From assembly GCF_006345805.1 (NCBI RefSeq), contig NC_043002.1, positions 86,676,001-86,740,000 on the forward strand: a stretch of 64,000 nucleotides of DNA, given 5' to 3'. Source of the DNA: Octopus sinensis (Eukaryota). Numbering within the stretch: the first letter of the stretch is position 1; each line of letters begins with the position of its first letter. Positions 24,261 to 38,897 of the stretch are shown here, one piece after another. The translations under genes and the position numbers were made by a program. Below the pieces are notes generated by a model that saw nothing but the letters and a program-made list of their open reading frames with translations, searched no databases and was not told where the DNA came from.

Positions 24261-25385
24261 TGCATGCATATTTATATATATTTAGCTAACACAGATTCAT
24301 GACCTTTGTATATTTCAACACTTTTTGTCCAAACCCATGCCTGCATGGAAAACAGACGTTAAATAATAATGAAGATTATAACATTAGATACTATTTAACC
24401 TCTGCATAAATGGCAACAATGCACTTCACAGTACAAATACACACACACACACACACATACATGTGCATACATACTTGCACACTGATATTTTGAGTCCTTC
24501 ATTCCCTCTCTTTCCTACTAATGCTCCCTTGCTCTTTCCTTCTATATTTTCCTCCTCTCCCTCTTTTTTACTTTCTCTCCACCTCATTCTCATCACTTAT
24601 TCTTTTTCCCTCTTTCTCACTTGCTCACTTTCTTTTTGCCTCCCTCACCTATTCTCACTATGATCCAGATTGTGTTTTCACTACTGGTTGTACTATCCAA
24701 CTCCCCAGCTTACTTTTTACACTAAGCCTGCAATGTAAATAGACAACATAAATATAGATTCATTTCTATTTCTTTTACTCTTCCAACTCCTATTCCTTTT
24801 CCTTCCCTTTGATAAAAGATATAACCTGGAATGATGGTTCCATTTTTGCTTCTTTCACTGTCATATCTATTTTTTGATTCTACATATTCTTTTATTGCTG
24901 TTTTGTTTTATATTTCTACACTTTTACCATCACAAGTTTTGCTTGTCTGACTCTATTTACTATTTGTTTCTTTGCCTCCTCCTTGCTTCATAATCTCAAT
25001 CATTTCATTTATGCTTTTCCCTCCCTCTCTCTCTGTATGTGTGTATGTGTTATATGTATGCGTACATACATACATACATACATACATACATACATACATA
25101 CATACTACATACATACATACTACATACATACATACATACATATAATGTGTAAAGATTTACGTGGTGAATTGCAATAAAAGAAAGAAAATGTACAGAAATT
25201 CTATGTTGGAAAAATATTGGTTCTTCTACTAAGAAAACTTATTATGATAGCATAAAATTATAACATTATCACTAACTACTTAGTAATGATTAGCATAAGT
25301 GAAACTGGTTGACAATGTAAATATTTATTTTCAGAAATATATATTATTCTTTCCAACATAAGATTTCTATGCCTTTTCCTTCTTC

Positions 25386-25416
<31 letters not shown>

Positions 25417-25424
25417 CATGTGAG

Positions 25425-25491
<67 letters not shown>

Positions 25492-25551
25492 ATATATATG
25501 TCTGTGTGTGTATGTGTGTGTGTGTGTATATATATAAAGAATATTCTTTAT

Positions 25552-25712
25552 GTGCAGGAGTAGCTGTGTGGTAAGTAGCTTGTTAACCAACCACATGGTC
25601 CTGGGTTCAGTCCCACTGTGTGTCACCTTGGGAAGTGTCTTCTACTATAGCCTTGGGCTGACCAAAGCCTTGTGAGTGGATTTGGTAGACAGAAACTGAA
25701 AGAAGCCCATTG

Positions 25713-25787
<75 letters not shown>

Positions 25788-25845
25788 TTGTTCCCCCAAC
25801 ATCACTTAACAACCAATGCTGGTGTGTTCACGTCCCTGTAACTTA
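25552..25845 (+). mobile_element. OR2-like CORE SINE, 3' truncated
   Basis: GCAGGAGTAGCTGTGTGGTAAGTAGC...GGTTCAGTCCCAC; internal (TA)n(TG)n. Confidence 0.85.
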
Positions 25846-26380
25846 CCTTTCTCCTCTATCATACACACTCACTCATAAAACCCATTTAGAATATATCTGT
25901 CATTACCTCATCTTTTATTTTATTATTTTCATTACTACTGTTTTTATTTATATTTCTATTATTTTTATTTTATTTTATTATTATTTTATTTCATTCCTAG
26001 TTTTTCCCTTTTACCACTATCTTCTTTTCTAATCTTTTCTCCTATCTCTCTTTCTCTCTCTTTCATACACCCACTCACAAAACCCATTTAGGTCCATCAA
26101 ATTGTTTCACTGTATATACACATTTACAATATAAATACATCATTCAGAACACTGCCAAAATATTACCTGGGTTTACCTGAGATTTTAACCAAAAACCTGT
26201 ACCCTCATGGAAGTACTGACCAACATTCATATCCCCTGGAAAAAGATGAGTTGTGAACATTATTCTCCTGCCTATATTCTTCTTACTACTTTTATTCTTT
26301 ATTCTTCTATTTTATTCCTTATAAACTGTGAATTTTATTCCTTGTAAACCTTAAATTTTCCCCTAAAATACTCATACCTT

Positions 26381-26456
26381 GTCTCTGATGACAATATACC
26401 CAGTGCACAGAAATGCTAACCTACTGCTTGGGTTATCCCAGAAACAGCTGTAAGAC
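26381..26456 (+). ncRNA. Type I hammerhead motif with palindromic stem III
   Basis: GTCT-CTGATGA-(49-nt stem II region, TACCCAG/TTGGGTTA)-GAAA-CAGCTG-TA-AGAC. Confidence 0.7.
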
Positions 26457-26711
26457 TTCAGATTCACCTTACCCTAATTAAATTATTCTAAATGACTTGA
26501 GATACTCGCTCTGTTTTAGTTTTGATTTTTCCTCTAGTACATATACATATATATTAACATTGTTGTTGTTGTTGTCATCATCATCATCATCACCATCATC
26601 ATCATTTAGCATCCTTTTTTTCCATACTAGCATGAGTTGCATGTTCATCATTAACTGGTGATTCAGTGGGGTGCACTGAACTCCAGTGTCTGTCACCTCA
26701 TATATATATAT

Positions 26712-26997
26712 ATCACGTGATCACGTGACCGACCAGGCTATCAGATGTTACTACACATCGCTGTTCACAGTGCGCTTCCCATTGTTTTAGCCTTCAAATG
26801 ACGCTGGCTGCGCGAGCAGGCCAACAGAAGAAAGTTGCGATGAAAGAGTACAGCAGGGGTTGCCACCACCCCCTGCTGGAGCCTGGTGGAGCTTTAGATG
26901 TTTTCACTCAATAAACACACACAACGCCCAGTCTGGAATCAAAACCGCGATTCTCTGACCGTGAGTCCGCTGCCCTAACCACTGGGCCATTGCGCCT

Positions 26998-27039
<42 letters not shown>

Positions 27040-27086
27040 TTCGACCGTGAGTCCGCTGCCCTAACTACTGGGCCATTGCGCCTCCA
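26712..27086 (-). mobile_element. OK-like SINE (26712-27000) plus a duplicated head (about 27043-27086)
   Basis: Match to 8000-8293; GACCGTGAGTCCGCTGCCCTAAC.ACTGGGCCATTGCGCCTCC occurs twice. Confidence 0.88.
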
Positions 27087-27109
27087 TATATATATATATA
27101 TATATATAC

Positions 27110-27188
<79 letters not shown>

Positions 27189-27679
27189 TGTGTGTGTATG
27201 GGGAAGGTTGTGTTACAAGTATTGACATTCCATAGCTTTGCTTGTCACCAGCTGAGTGAAATGGTGATATGTTTACATTACTTGTTGACCTTATGACTGG
27301 TTTCTCTGCACTTTTGAAACCCAGTGAAATAAAAAAGAAATGAGACACATACTTGAACACACACGAAGGTTGAGGACAAGAAGACCATCCTGCTGTAAAA
27401 TCTTACCACAAATAATTTTCCGTTCAACCCATGGTAGCATGGAAAATCAGTTGTTAAATGAACAAACAAATAAATGAATAGGATTTATAAAATGAACATT
27501 TTACTAATTATAATAACTTTTATTTGATAAAAAGAAAGTTTCAGTGACAGATGAGAGAGTGAGTGAGTGAGTGATCTGTATTTTGTTATATTTTTGTATA
27601 TTTATCATCATAATACCAGTTGTTTACACATATGGAATTTGAGTTTAACTATAGGTTCTCTGTTTGAAAAGAAATAGTT

Positions 27680-27924
27680 TCGAATTTTGGAACAAAGCCA
27701 GCAATTTGGGGAGAAGGCATAAGTCAATTACATCAACACCATTGCTCAACTAGTAATTTTTTACTGACCCCAAAAGGGGTGAAAGGCAAAGTCAACCTCG
27801 GCAGAATTTGAAGTCAGAATTTAAAGATGGACTACATTCTTTTAAGCATTTTCCCCAGTGCAGTAACAATTCTACTAGCTCACCACCTAATAATAATAAT
27901 AATAATAATGATTATAATAATAAT

Positions 27925-27956
<32 letters not shown>

Positions 27957-28449
27957 TAATAATAATATAATAATAATGATAATAATAATAATAACAATAA
28001 TAATGAGAATAATAATAATAACAATAATAATAATAATAATAATAATAATGGTTCCAAATTTTGGCACAAGACTAGCAGAACATAAAGATGGATGAAAGAC
28101 TGCTAAGTATTTTGCTGGCATGGTAATGGTTCTGCCAAGATCAAAATGTCACAAGAAATGAATATGAAAAGCTTTCTTGCTATAAAGATCTGCAAATTGA
28201 AATCACAAAAATGTGGAACCTTAGAACTATGATAATACCAGTAGTAATTGTGTTTGGAATGATACAGCCCATATACTATGGAAGCACTCTCCTTCTAAAA
28301 TGGAATAAATGTAGTGATAATTTTAGCATGCACAGCAAAACAAAAGTGCCCTTGCTACTCTTGACCTCCGGAGAATGCCCGGTACTAAGGCAGCTGAAAT
28401 AAAGTTATAACGAAAGGAAACCATAAATAATAAAATAATAATAATAATA

Positions 28450-28481
<32 letters not shown>

Positions 28482-28820
28482 AAATAATAATAATGATAAT
28501 AATAATAATAATAATAATGATAATAATAATAATAATAACAATAACAATAATAATAATAATGATGATGATGATAATAATGATGAGGACAATAATAATAATG
28601 ATGATTATAATAATAATAATAATAATAATAATGATTTCAGATTTTGGCACGAGGCCAACAATTTGTTTTGGTGGGGGGGTTAAGTTGATTACACTGACCC
28701 CATTGTTCAACTGGTACCTATTTTATCAACTCAGAAAAGGATAAATGGCAAGGTTGACTTCGGTGGAATTTGAACTCAGAATGCAAAGATGAATGAAATG
28801 CTGCTAAGCATTTTGCTTTG
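27680..28820. repeat. (AAT)n arrays with OR1-like SINE pieces and an R4/Dong-like fragment (28140-28420)
   Basis: YKDLQIEITKMWNLRTMIIPVVI resembles 1760-1850; SINE motifs at 27680-27887 and 28635-28820. Confidence 0.7.
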
Positions 28821-28822
28821 CA

Positions 28823-29055
28823 TACTCTTTTACTCTTACTCTCTTTACTTGTTTCAGTCATTTGATTGCGGCCATGCTGGAGCACCGCCTTTTTAATCGA
28901 GCAACTCGACCCCGGGACTTATTCTTTTGTAAGCCCAGTGCTTATTCTATTGGTCTCTTTTGCTGAACTGCTGAGTAATGGGGACATAAACACACCAGCA
29001 TCGGTTGTCAAGCAATGCTAGGGTGACAAACACAGACACACAAACACACACACGC

Positions 29056-29086
<31 letters not shown>

Positions 29087-29251
29087 TACGACAAGCTTCT
29101 TTCAGTTTCCGTCTACCAAATCCACTCACAAGACTTTGGTTGGCCTGAGGCTATAGTAGAAGACACTTGCCCAAGGTGCCACGCAGTGGGACTGAACCCG
29201 GAACCATGTGGTTGGTAAACAAGCTACTTACTACACAGCCACTCCTACGCC
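28823..29251 (-). mobile_element. Full-length OR2-like CORE SINE nested in an OR1-like SINE
   Basis: Near-identical to 58323-58729; host SINE head resumes at about 29258-29306. Confidence 0.9.
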
Positions 29252-30184
29252 TATACGTATTTCGCCCAACATGGCATGATAATAATTCTACCAGCTCACT
29301 GCCTTGCTATGTTTGAAAATAATAAACGAAGTTATACTTTGATAATAACATTCTTTTTCTGCTGATTTTATGATATATTATATGAGATAAACACCGTGTC
29401 AAAATGATATGCAATTTTGTGGTTATGCAGTCATGTGGAAATTTCATTACATTTCAAGGTTGGTTTCTTGAAGTGTAACTTTCTTTTATTTTATTATGTG
29501 ATTTAAGGAAAGCACATACCTATTCAAATTTGTGATATATGGAAGATTCAAGTAGATTAGGGAAACAGCTTTGCTACAAAAAAATGTAGTTGCTACCATC
29601 AGTCTTTTATACTTATATTACTCTATCTAAGGCAGTGAACTGGCAGAACTGGTAGAGTGTAGACAAAATGCTTTGCGGTATGTTTTCTGGCTTGTGAAAT
29701 TCTGAGTTCAAATTCCACCAAGGTAGACTTTGCCTTTCATCTTTTCAGGGTGGATAAAATAAATACCGGTCAAATACTGGGTCAATGTAATCAACTTAAC
29801 CCTCACCTCAAAATCACTGGTCTTCTGTCAAACTTTGAAGCCATTAACCAATCTGTCTATTTCAATAATTCTTTGTCTATCTGATTTATTCCCTCTGCAG
29901 TTCTTCCTTCCACCATGTGGCTAACAACAACTAATTTTTAAACCTAACTAATAAATCCCTTTCTCAATATTTTATCCTTTACCTAAATTCCTGCATCTTT
30001 ATATACTACCTTATATTAGTCAACCAACTTTAACTGGTAGTGACTACATATTTCTCACAGTCATGGGAATAACTTCATTCAGCATTTTCTTTTTGCAGGA
30101 TTACTTTCAAATAAATTAATTATTTCTCAGCTACATATCCCCCACCTGTCAACATCATTTTCTTCTTTCTCTCTCTCTCTCTCT

Positions 30185-30235
<51 letters not shown>

Positions 30236-30255
30236 TACCTATCTATTTGTCTGTC

Positions 30256-30302
<47 letters not shown>

Positions 30303-30304
30303 AT

Positions 30305-30491
30305 ACCGGAGTAAACACATAAATGTGAAACAAGGTGGAAAAAAGAGTACTCAAATACCAACAAAAGCTGTTACTCGGAGTTTCACATTCCCGTTCGTCG
30401 GACAGTTTTTTTTTTATAAAACTGTCCGACGAACGGGAACGTGAAACTCTGAGTAACAGCTTTTGTTGAATTTCTGCTGCTTTTAAATAAA

Positions 30492-30533
<42 letters not shown>

Positions 30534-30736
30534 TATATATGTATGTATATACCGGAGTAAACACATAAATGTGAAACAAGGTGGAAAAAAGAGTACTCAA
30601 ATACCAACAAAAGCTGTTACTCGGAGTTTCACATTCCGTTCGTCGGACAGTTTTTTTTTAATAAAACTGTCCGACGAACGGGAACGTGAAACTCTGAGTA
30701 ACAGCTTTTGTTGAATTTCTGCTGCTTTTAAATAAA

Positions 30737-30738
<2 letters not shown>
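30305..30738. repeat. 246-bp-period tandem duplication of a fold-back element carrying four hammerhead motifs
   Basis: ACCGGAGTAAAC at 30305 and 30551; internal arms 30359-30409 and 30418-30468. Confidence 0.92.
30422..30459 (+). ncRNA. Minimal hammerhead motif, U4C core (also 30368-30405 minus, 30614-30650 minus, 30667-30704 plus)
   Basis: CTGT-CCGACGA-ACG ggaa CGT-GAAA-CTC t GAG-TA-ACAG. Confidence 0.72.
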
Positions 30739-30804
<66 letters not shown>

Positions 30805-30805
30805 G

Positions 30806-33130
<2,325 letters not shown>

Positions 33131-33155
33131 AGTCTGTCTGCATTTATTCACTTAC

Positions 33156-33319
33156 CTTTCTTACTCCGCCAACCCTCTCCTCCTACACTGCTCCATTAAG
33201 CATATAATAAAGTTGGCTGTTTATACTCCTCCACTGGCATGTATGCGTCATAATCTACCTGCTTTGCCATACTGTTATGACGTACTAAAAATAGACATTG
33301 TTAGCATCTGGATGCATTT
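33156..33319 (-). other. Candidate 164-nt non-coding exon
   Basis: More than 30-nt pyrimidine tract ending TTTTGGCAG|AAATGC; donor AAG|GTAAGT; stops in all three frames. Confidence 0.4.
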
Positions 33320-33956
33320 CTGCCAAAAAAAAAAAAAAGAAAAAGAAAAAAAGAAAATGCATTACAAAACACAAAATACAAACACACAAAAAAGCAAAAG
33401 AAAAAAAAAAGAAAATGACAATAAATACATACATAAATAATAAGGACAAATAAATATATAAAAATGAAAGAAAGGAAGACAGTAACACCATTGAGAGTTC
33501 TGAACAGACAGACAGACAGACAGACAGACCAATTGGATAGAACTATAATATGGGGGGAGGGGAGGTTAAGATTATTTTTGTTTTTGTTTATTTTATTTAT
33601 TTATTTATTATTTATTTTCCTTTTGCTGGTTGTTCTACTTTCTCCATTTTACTGTTTCTTCATTCTGCAACCATTCAAGCTTTGTGTACTAAATGCACTT
33701 TGTGCATGAGATTCTCCGTCTGTTTCACAGGTTTTTACGCATGCATGTCTCAAAAATTCATCATATCATTTGTGTGCATAAAGGTATTAATGATGATGGT
33801 ATCTGGTGTGATAATAAAAAGAAATAACCACTATAGCACCCTCAATTTTTACTGCCACTGCCAAACAAAATAAATAAATAAGTAAAAATACAAGTTCAAT
33901 ACTTATAGATAAACTATTCTGCAGGCATAACGAACATGCTAATAATCTATGTATAT

Positions 33957-34575
33957 TGGTTCAAATTTTGGAACAAGGCCAGCAAATTGTGGGAAGCTGG
34001 TAAGTTAATTACATTGGCTCCAGTGTTCAAATAGTACTTATATTATCAACCCTGAAAGGATAAAAGACAAAGTCGACCTCAGCAGAATTTGAACTCAGAA
34101 CATAAAGACAGATGAAATGCTACCAAGCATTTTGCCTGCCATGCTAATAATTCTGCCAGTTTACCATCTTAATAATAATAATGATAATAGTGATTTCAAA
34201 TTTTGGCACAAGGCCAACAATTTCGGGGTGATTGGGGTAAGTCGATTACATCAACCCCAGTATTCAAACCCTAGTGTTCAACTGGTACTTATTTTATCGA
34301 CCTTGAAAGGACGAAGGACAAAGTTGACCTCGGCAAAATTTGAATATAATGTAAAGACGGACAGAATACTGTTAAGCATTTTATATAGTGTGCTAATGAT
34401 TTTGCCATCTCATCACCTTGCTAACAATATATATTAAATATACATACATGGTGGCACATAAAAAGCACCATCCGAACGTGGCAGATGCCAGCGCTGCCTT
34501 GACTGGCTTCCGTGCCGGTGGCACGTTAAAAGCACCAACCGCAGAAAACGGACGTTAAACGATGATGATGATGAT
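33957..34575. mobile_element. Two OR1-like SINEs (minus) and an RTE 3'UTR fragment (34447-34575, plus)
   Basis: Family motifs as above. Confidence 0.75.
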
Positions 34576-34760
34576 GTATGTATGTGAGTATAGGTTCCTT
34601 TTACAAGATAATGCTCCAGCAGAGCTACAGTCCAATAACTGAAACGAGTAAGGAATATAGTAACATCACTATCACCATTGTCATCATCATTTGACATCCA
34701 CTTTTCCATGCTCACATTGTCAAATGGAACTTTTTGAGGTGGATTTTCTATGGGCAGAAA

Positions 34761-35168
34761 ATAGAAAATAGAAAAGAGTGAAAAAACTACAGAAGGCTTG
34801 TTTTATAAGGTTAAAGAATATATTTAAGTCGTTATGTTAGAAGAATGTTATAAAATTTTGCATATAGTAACATAGTTTTTAGAGAAATTACCGGTTTTGT
34901 GTTAACTTTTCAAATTTCTCAAATGTCTTTACCTACATCGTGTCATGTCTTCGTTATGAAGTGCGCACTTCATAACAAAGACATGACACGATGTAGGTAA
35001 AGACATTTGAGAAATTTGAAAAGTTAACACGAAACCGGTAATTTCTCCAAAAACTATGTTAATATATGCAAAATTTCATAACATTTTTCTAACATAACGA
35101 CTTAAATATATTCTTTAACCTTATAAAACAAGCCTTCTGTAGTTTTTTCACTCTTTTCTATTTTCTAT
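34761..35168. repeat. 408-bp spacerless palindrome
   Basis: Centre GAAGTGC|GCACTTC at 34964/34965; 204-bp arms, few substitutions, no indels. Confidence 0.95.
35009..35047 (+). ncRNA. Minimal hammerhead motif with U3:A8 core (mirror copy 34882-34920 minus has GAAA to AAAA)
   Basis: GAGAAAT-TTGAAAA-GT taac AC-GAAA-CCGG-TA-ATTTCTC: 7-bp stem I. Confidence 0.62.
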
Positions 35169-35205
35169 ATATCCAACCACATGCTTTCACACACCAACTT
35201 TCTCA

Positions 35206-35245
<40 letters not shown>

Positions 35246-35309
35246 TGATGGGCTTCTTTCAGCTTCTGTCTACCAAATCCAATGGTTGAAACAAGCAAAA
35301 GATAAAAAA

Positions 35310-35662
35310 AAAGATAAGAAGACAACACCAATGTCCTCTCAACGATTTGGTGGAGATGATTTTTAAAATGAGAATATCTGAAATAAACTCAACTGCTCTC
35401 ACAAGTGAGAATATTAAAAATGAACCCAACCGCTCTGAAAAATTAAGTAAAAAAAAAAAAACAGAAAAATAATCTAAAATCCTTGTCCGATACTGGATCG
35501 GTCCAAAAATCTAGTCAGTTCGTGCCAGTCACGGGGTCAAACATCCCTGAAAGTTTCATCCAAATTCATCTAGCATTTCTTGAGATATCTTGTCCATGGT
35601 AAAACAAACTAACAAACACGACTGAAAACAATACCTCTGCCTTCGCGAAGATGTAGATAATA
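35310..35662 (+). mobile_element. Helentron/DINE-like non-autonomous element
   Basis: AAAGTTTCATCCAAAT...GAGATATCTTGTCC...ACAAAC...GAAAACAATACCTCTGCCTTCGCGAAG terminal hairpin pattern. Confidence 0.5.
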
Positions 35663-35705
35663 ATAAAGAATTATCTACAATGCATGTATATTTATGTTTC
35701 TGTAG

Positions 35706-36168
35706 GTCACTTTCGAGTGCTACTGGTAACATGTAACCCAGTACAACCTGTTGTATGGTCGGGTCGTCGGCGACTAAACCGGCAACCCCACCAAGCTTGC
35801 TTGGTGAGGAGGGTGTTTATTGGACACCCTGCGGGATGAAAAACAAAACCCGTCAAAGGGCGGAGGAACTCTTGAGAGTCAACGGCCATCCAATAAATGG
35901 CTTAAGGCTGTATCATGCGCGGGGACATAGAAATAATCGGACTGAATACCCGATTGCGCGGTTAAACCATTGGGAGTGAAGGACTCCTAGCCTTTGTTAG
36001 GGCATCCTTCTAGGAGAAGGTAACTCAGGTAACTGGGATAACTCCGATATAAAACCTGTGGCTCAGTGGTTACCGATGATGTTGACTTGTTCTTCTTTTC
36101 GGATTATGGCTGCTGTTGCTTAGTGAGTGGGATTGACTCAGTGCACAGCCTTTCCTCACTTTAAAAAA
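35706..36168 (+). mobile_element. Young GC/CpG-rich structured element, probably derived from an RTE 5'UTR
   Basis: At least nine consecutive hairpins; GGCATCCTTCTAGGAGAAGGTAACTC resembles an RTE 5'UTR motif (recalled); ends in short poly(A). Confidence 0.5.
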
Positions 36169-36539
36169 TCTTGCACAGGCATTGCACAATAACAACATTG
36201 ATTAAGCTTCGTACAATGGCCATACTCGATAACAAAGGGGCAGCCACCATATATAAAATAAAAAATTTATATCAACATATATTTGAAGCTGTTGATTCCC
36301 TTCATTGCAGCAATAAATTCTTTTTCTTTTTATTTTTGTTGTTGTTCATTCTTTCTAGCAGAAAACCACAAAATTAATAACTCAGAGTAGTGACAGTATT
36401 AAGATATCACTCAACATCATGGGGAAAAAGTAGTCATATAAAAAAGGTGAAGATGATAATGTTTGATGATGTAATGAAGTAATGCAAAAGTAGGCATAAC
36501 TTCTTTCTTAACTCATATAGATCATTCAAATTGCATTTG

Positions 36540-36941
36540 TTGCACACTGCAACCAATTCCACCTATACCTAACTTCTCTCTCAGAACACTGGCACTTTGT
36601 CAAACATATACATTTATATTACACATCCAGCAGAACATATTAGCCTTGTGTTGCCTATTAGCAGGGATGGATGTTTCTGTAAGTGGAGTGAAACATGAAA
36701 GGATCATGATGCAAATTATTATGGCTAATCGAATAGGTAGTGCTTAGTGTGGTATACATCACAAGCAGTGATGGATTATTTACCACTTTTGAGATTGACA
36801 GTCAACTGTTTCGATTTAAACACTTTAGCTTTGGACTCGCATGTTTAAACACCGCCAACTGAAAAACAGTATGAACTTTTGTTCCAACCTGATAGAAAAT
36901 CTTATTGATGGTGATGACAACAACGACGACAATGATGGTAG

Positions 36942-36972
<31 letters not shown>

Positions 36973-37762
36973 AGTGACGAGGAGGAGGAGGAAGAGGAGG
37001 AGGAGGAATTAGAAGGCAAATAGACCTATTTAAATGATGTCTCTTCATCATTTATCTTTCATATTTTATTTATTTTTTATTTATTGGACAGTAGCCTTGC
37101 AGGAGCATCACCTTGAAGGGTTTCATGAAACAAATCAATCCCAGTGCTTATTTTTTTAAAAGTCTGGTACTTTTTCTATCTGTTTCTTTTGCCAAACCAC
37201 TAAGTTAAAGGAATGTAAACAAACCAAACACCAGTTGTCAAATAGTAGGGACACACACACACACATACATACATATAATATTGGCGAGGGTTTTCCACGC
37301 AGTTTCCATCTCTCAATTTTGTTCACAAGGCATGAGGCTATAGAAGACACTTTCCCAGGTGCTGCACTGTAGGACTGAACCTGAAATTATATGGTTGCAA
37401 AGCAAACTTCTTAACCATATAGCCATGTCTGCACCTATGCATGGTAATACAGAAGAAGAATATAATAAAAAATGTATCTAAATTCTTAAAAGTTCTTCAT
37501 GAATCTAATAAGACTCTGAATAATGATGAATGTAAATTTTCAACTAAATCCATCTGATTCCCTGGTTATTCGATTAGCCATAATAATTTGCATCATGAAC
37601 CTTTCATGTTTCACTCCACTTACAGAAACATCCATCCCTACTAATAGGCAACACAAGGCTAGTATGTTCTGCTGGATGTGTAATATAAATGTATTTGTTT
37701 GACAAAGTGCCAGTGTTCTGAGAGAGAAGTTAGGTATAGGCGGAATTGGTTGCAGTGTGCAA
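36540..37762. repeat. 196-bp inverted repeat pair about 830 bp apart
   Basis: 36540-36735 vs 37567-37762, five mismatches counted by eye. Confidence 0.93.
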
Positions 37763-37789
37763 GAGAGAAAAGTGTGTTGGTTTGGTCAT

Positions 37790-38150
37790 CTGATGTAGAT
37801 AGATGCCAACAGCCCTATAAAGAAGTACCAGTCTGTCAAAGTGGATGGAATGTATGGAAGTAGGAGACACAGGAAGACATGGGATGAATTATTGAAGAAT
37901 GTCCCTAGGAAGCTGAACCTTTCAGGCAAGATGACAAAGGACCAAGATAGCGCTTGGCCATATTCAAGAAGACCTGTACTCCACAGCAGAAGGTTAAGCA
38001 CCCAGCACACTCTGTAAAGTGGTTGGTATTAAGAATGGCATTCAGCTGTAGAACCATTCCAAATCAGAATAGAGCCTCCAAGCTTGCCAGCTCTGGTCAC
38101 ACCATCCAACCCATGCCAGTGCAGACAACAGATATTAAATGATGGTGATG
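37790..38150 (+). mobile_element. Decayed RTE 3' fragment
   Basis: VDGMYGSRRHRKTWDELLK plus 3'UTR motifs and GAT tail. Confidence 0.7.
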
Positions 38151-38897
38151 ATAAATAACTTATTATTCCTGATGGCTTTTTAAAAAAATTTTTCTGAAAG
38201 AATAAAATATCTAATCATTGCTCAGTTTTCACTTCAAAGAAGCTGCCACAGAAACCAATGTCTTCAAAGTAAGCATTACAGAGTCTGCCAAGACTAAAGA
38301 ATATGAACTTAAGCTATTGCTATCAAAACAAACATCTTGAGAAACCACTGGGGCCATTCTTTATCAAAATAGTATAAGCTTACATTTTTTTTTTTTGCAA
38401 TCACTAAATTCTGTTGAGAAAAATCACTGTGGAGAAAAAAAAAGCATGTTTGTCATTTGAGGATGCCTAAAAATTGGAACCTCTTTCATCATCATCACCT
38501 CTATCACCACCACCATCATCATCATTTAATGACTCTCCATGCTGGTATGGATTGGATGATATGATTTGATCTGGTGAACCACAGGGTTGCATTGTGCTCC
38601 ATGTTAGCTTTGGTATAGTTTCTGCAGCTGGATACCCTTCCTAATGCCAACAACCTTACAGTATGTACTGGGTGCTTTTTATGTGTCACTGCCTCCAGTG
38701 TGGTTACCGAGTAACTTGCAAGGCATGAAAGCACAAGATAAGGAAAACTGGGACAAAAGAGTAGACCTTCTTTAGTTAGTAGGGGTGAGAAGATATTTGA
38801 GCGAGTAGCAGGGTAGTTTTTATGCCAAGGACAAGCAGAGGTGTCTTACTATATACCTTCTTTTAAGCATGACACCTCTGTTTGTTCCTAGCATAAA

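Noticed and set aside
33240-33286. miRNA precursor (CGTCATAA/TTATGACG stem)
   Set aside because: Stem too short and loop too large for a pre-miRNA.
36841-37023. Acidic 60-aa ORF
   Set aside because: Mostly (GAT)n(GAG)n microsatellite; no homology recognised.
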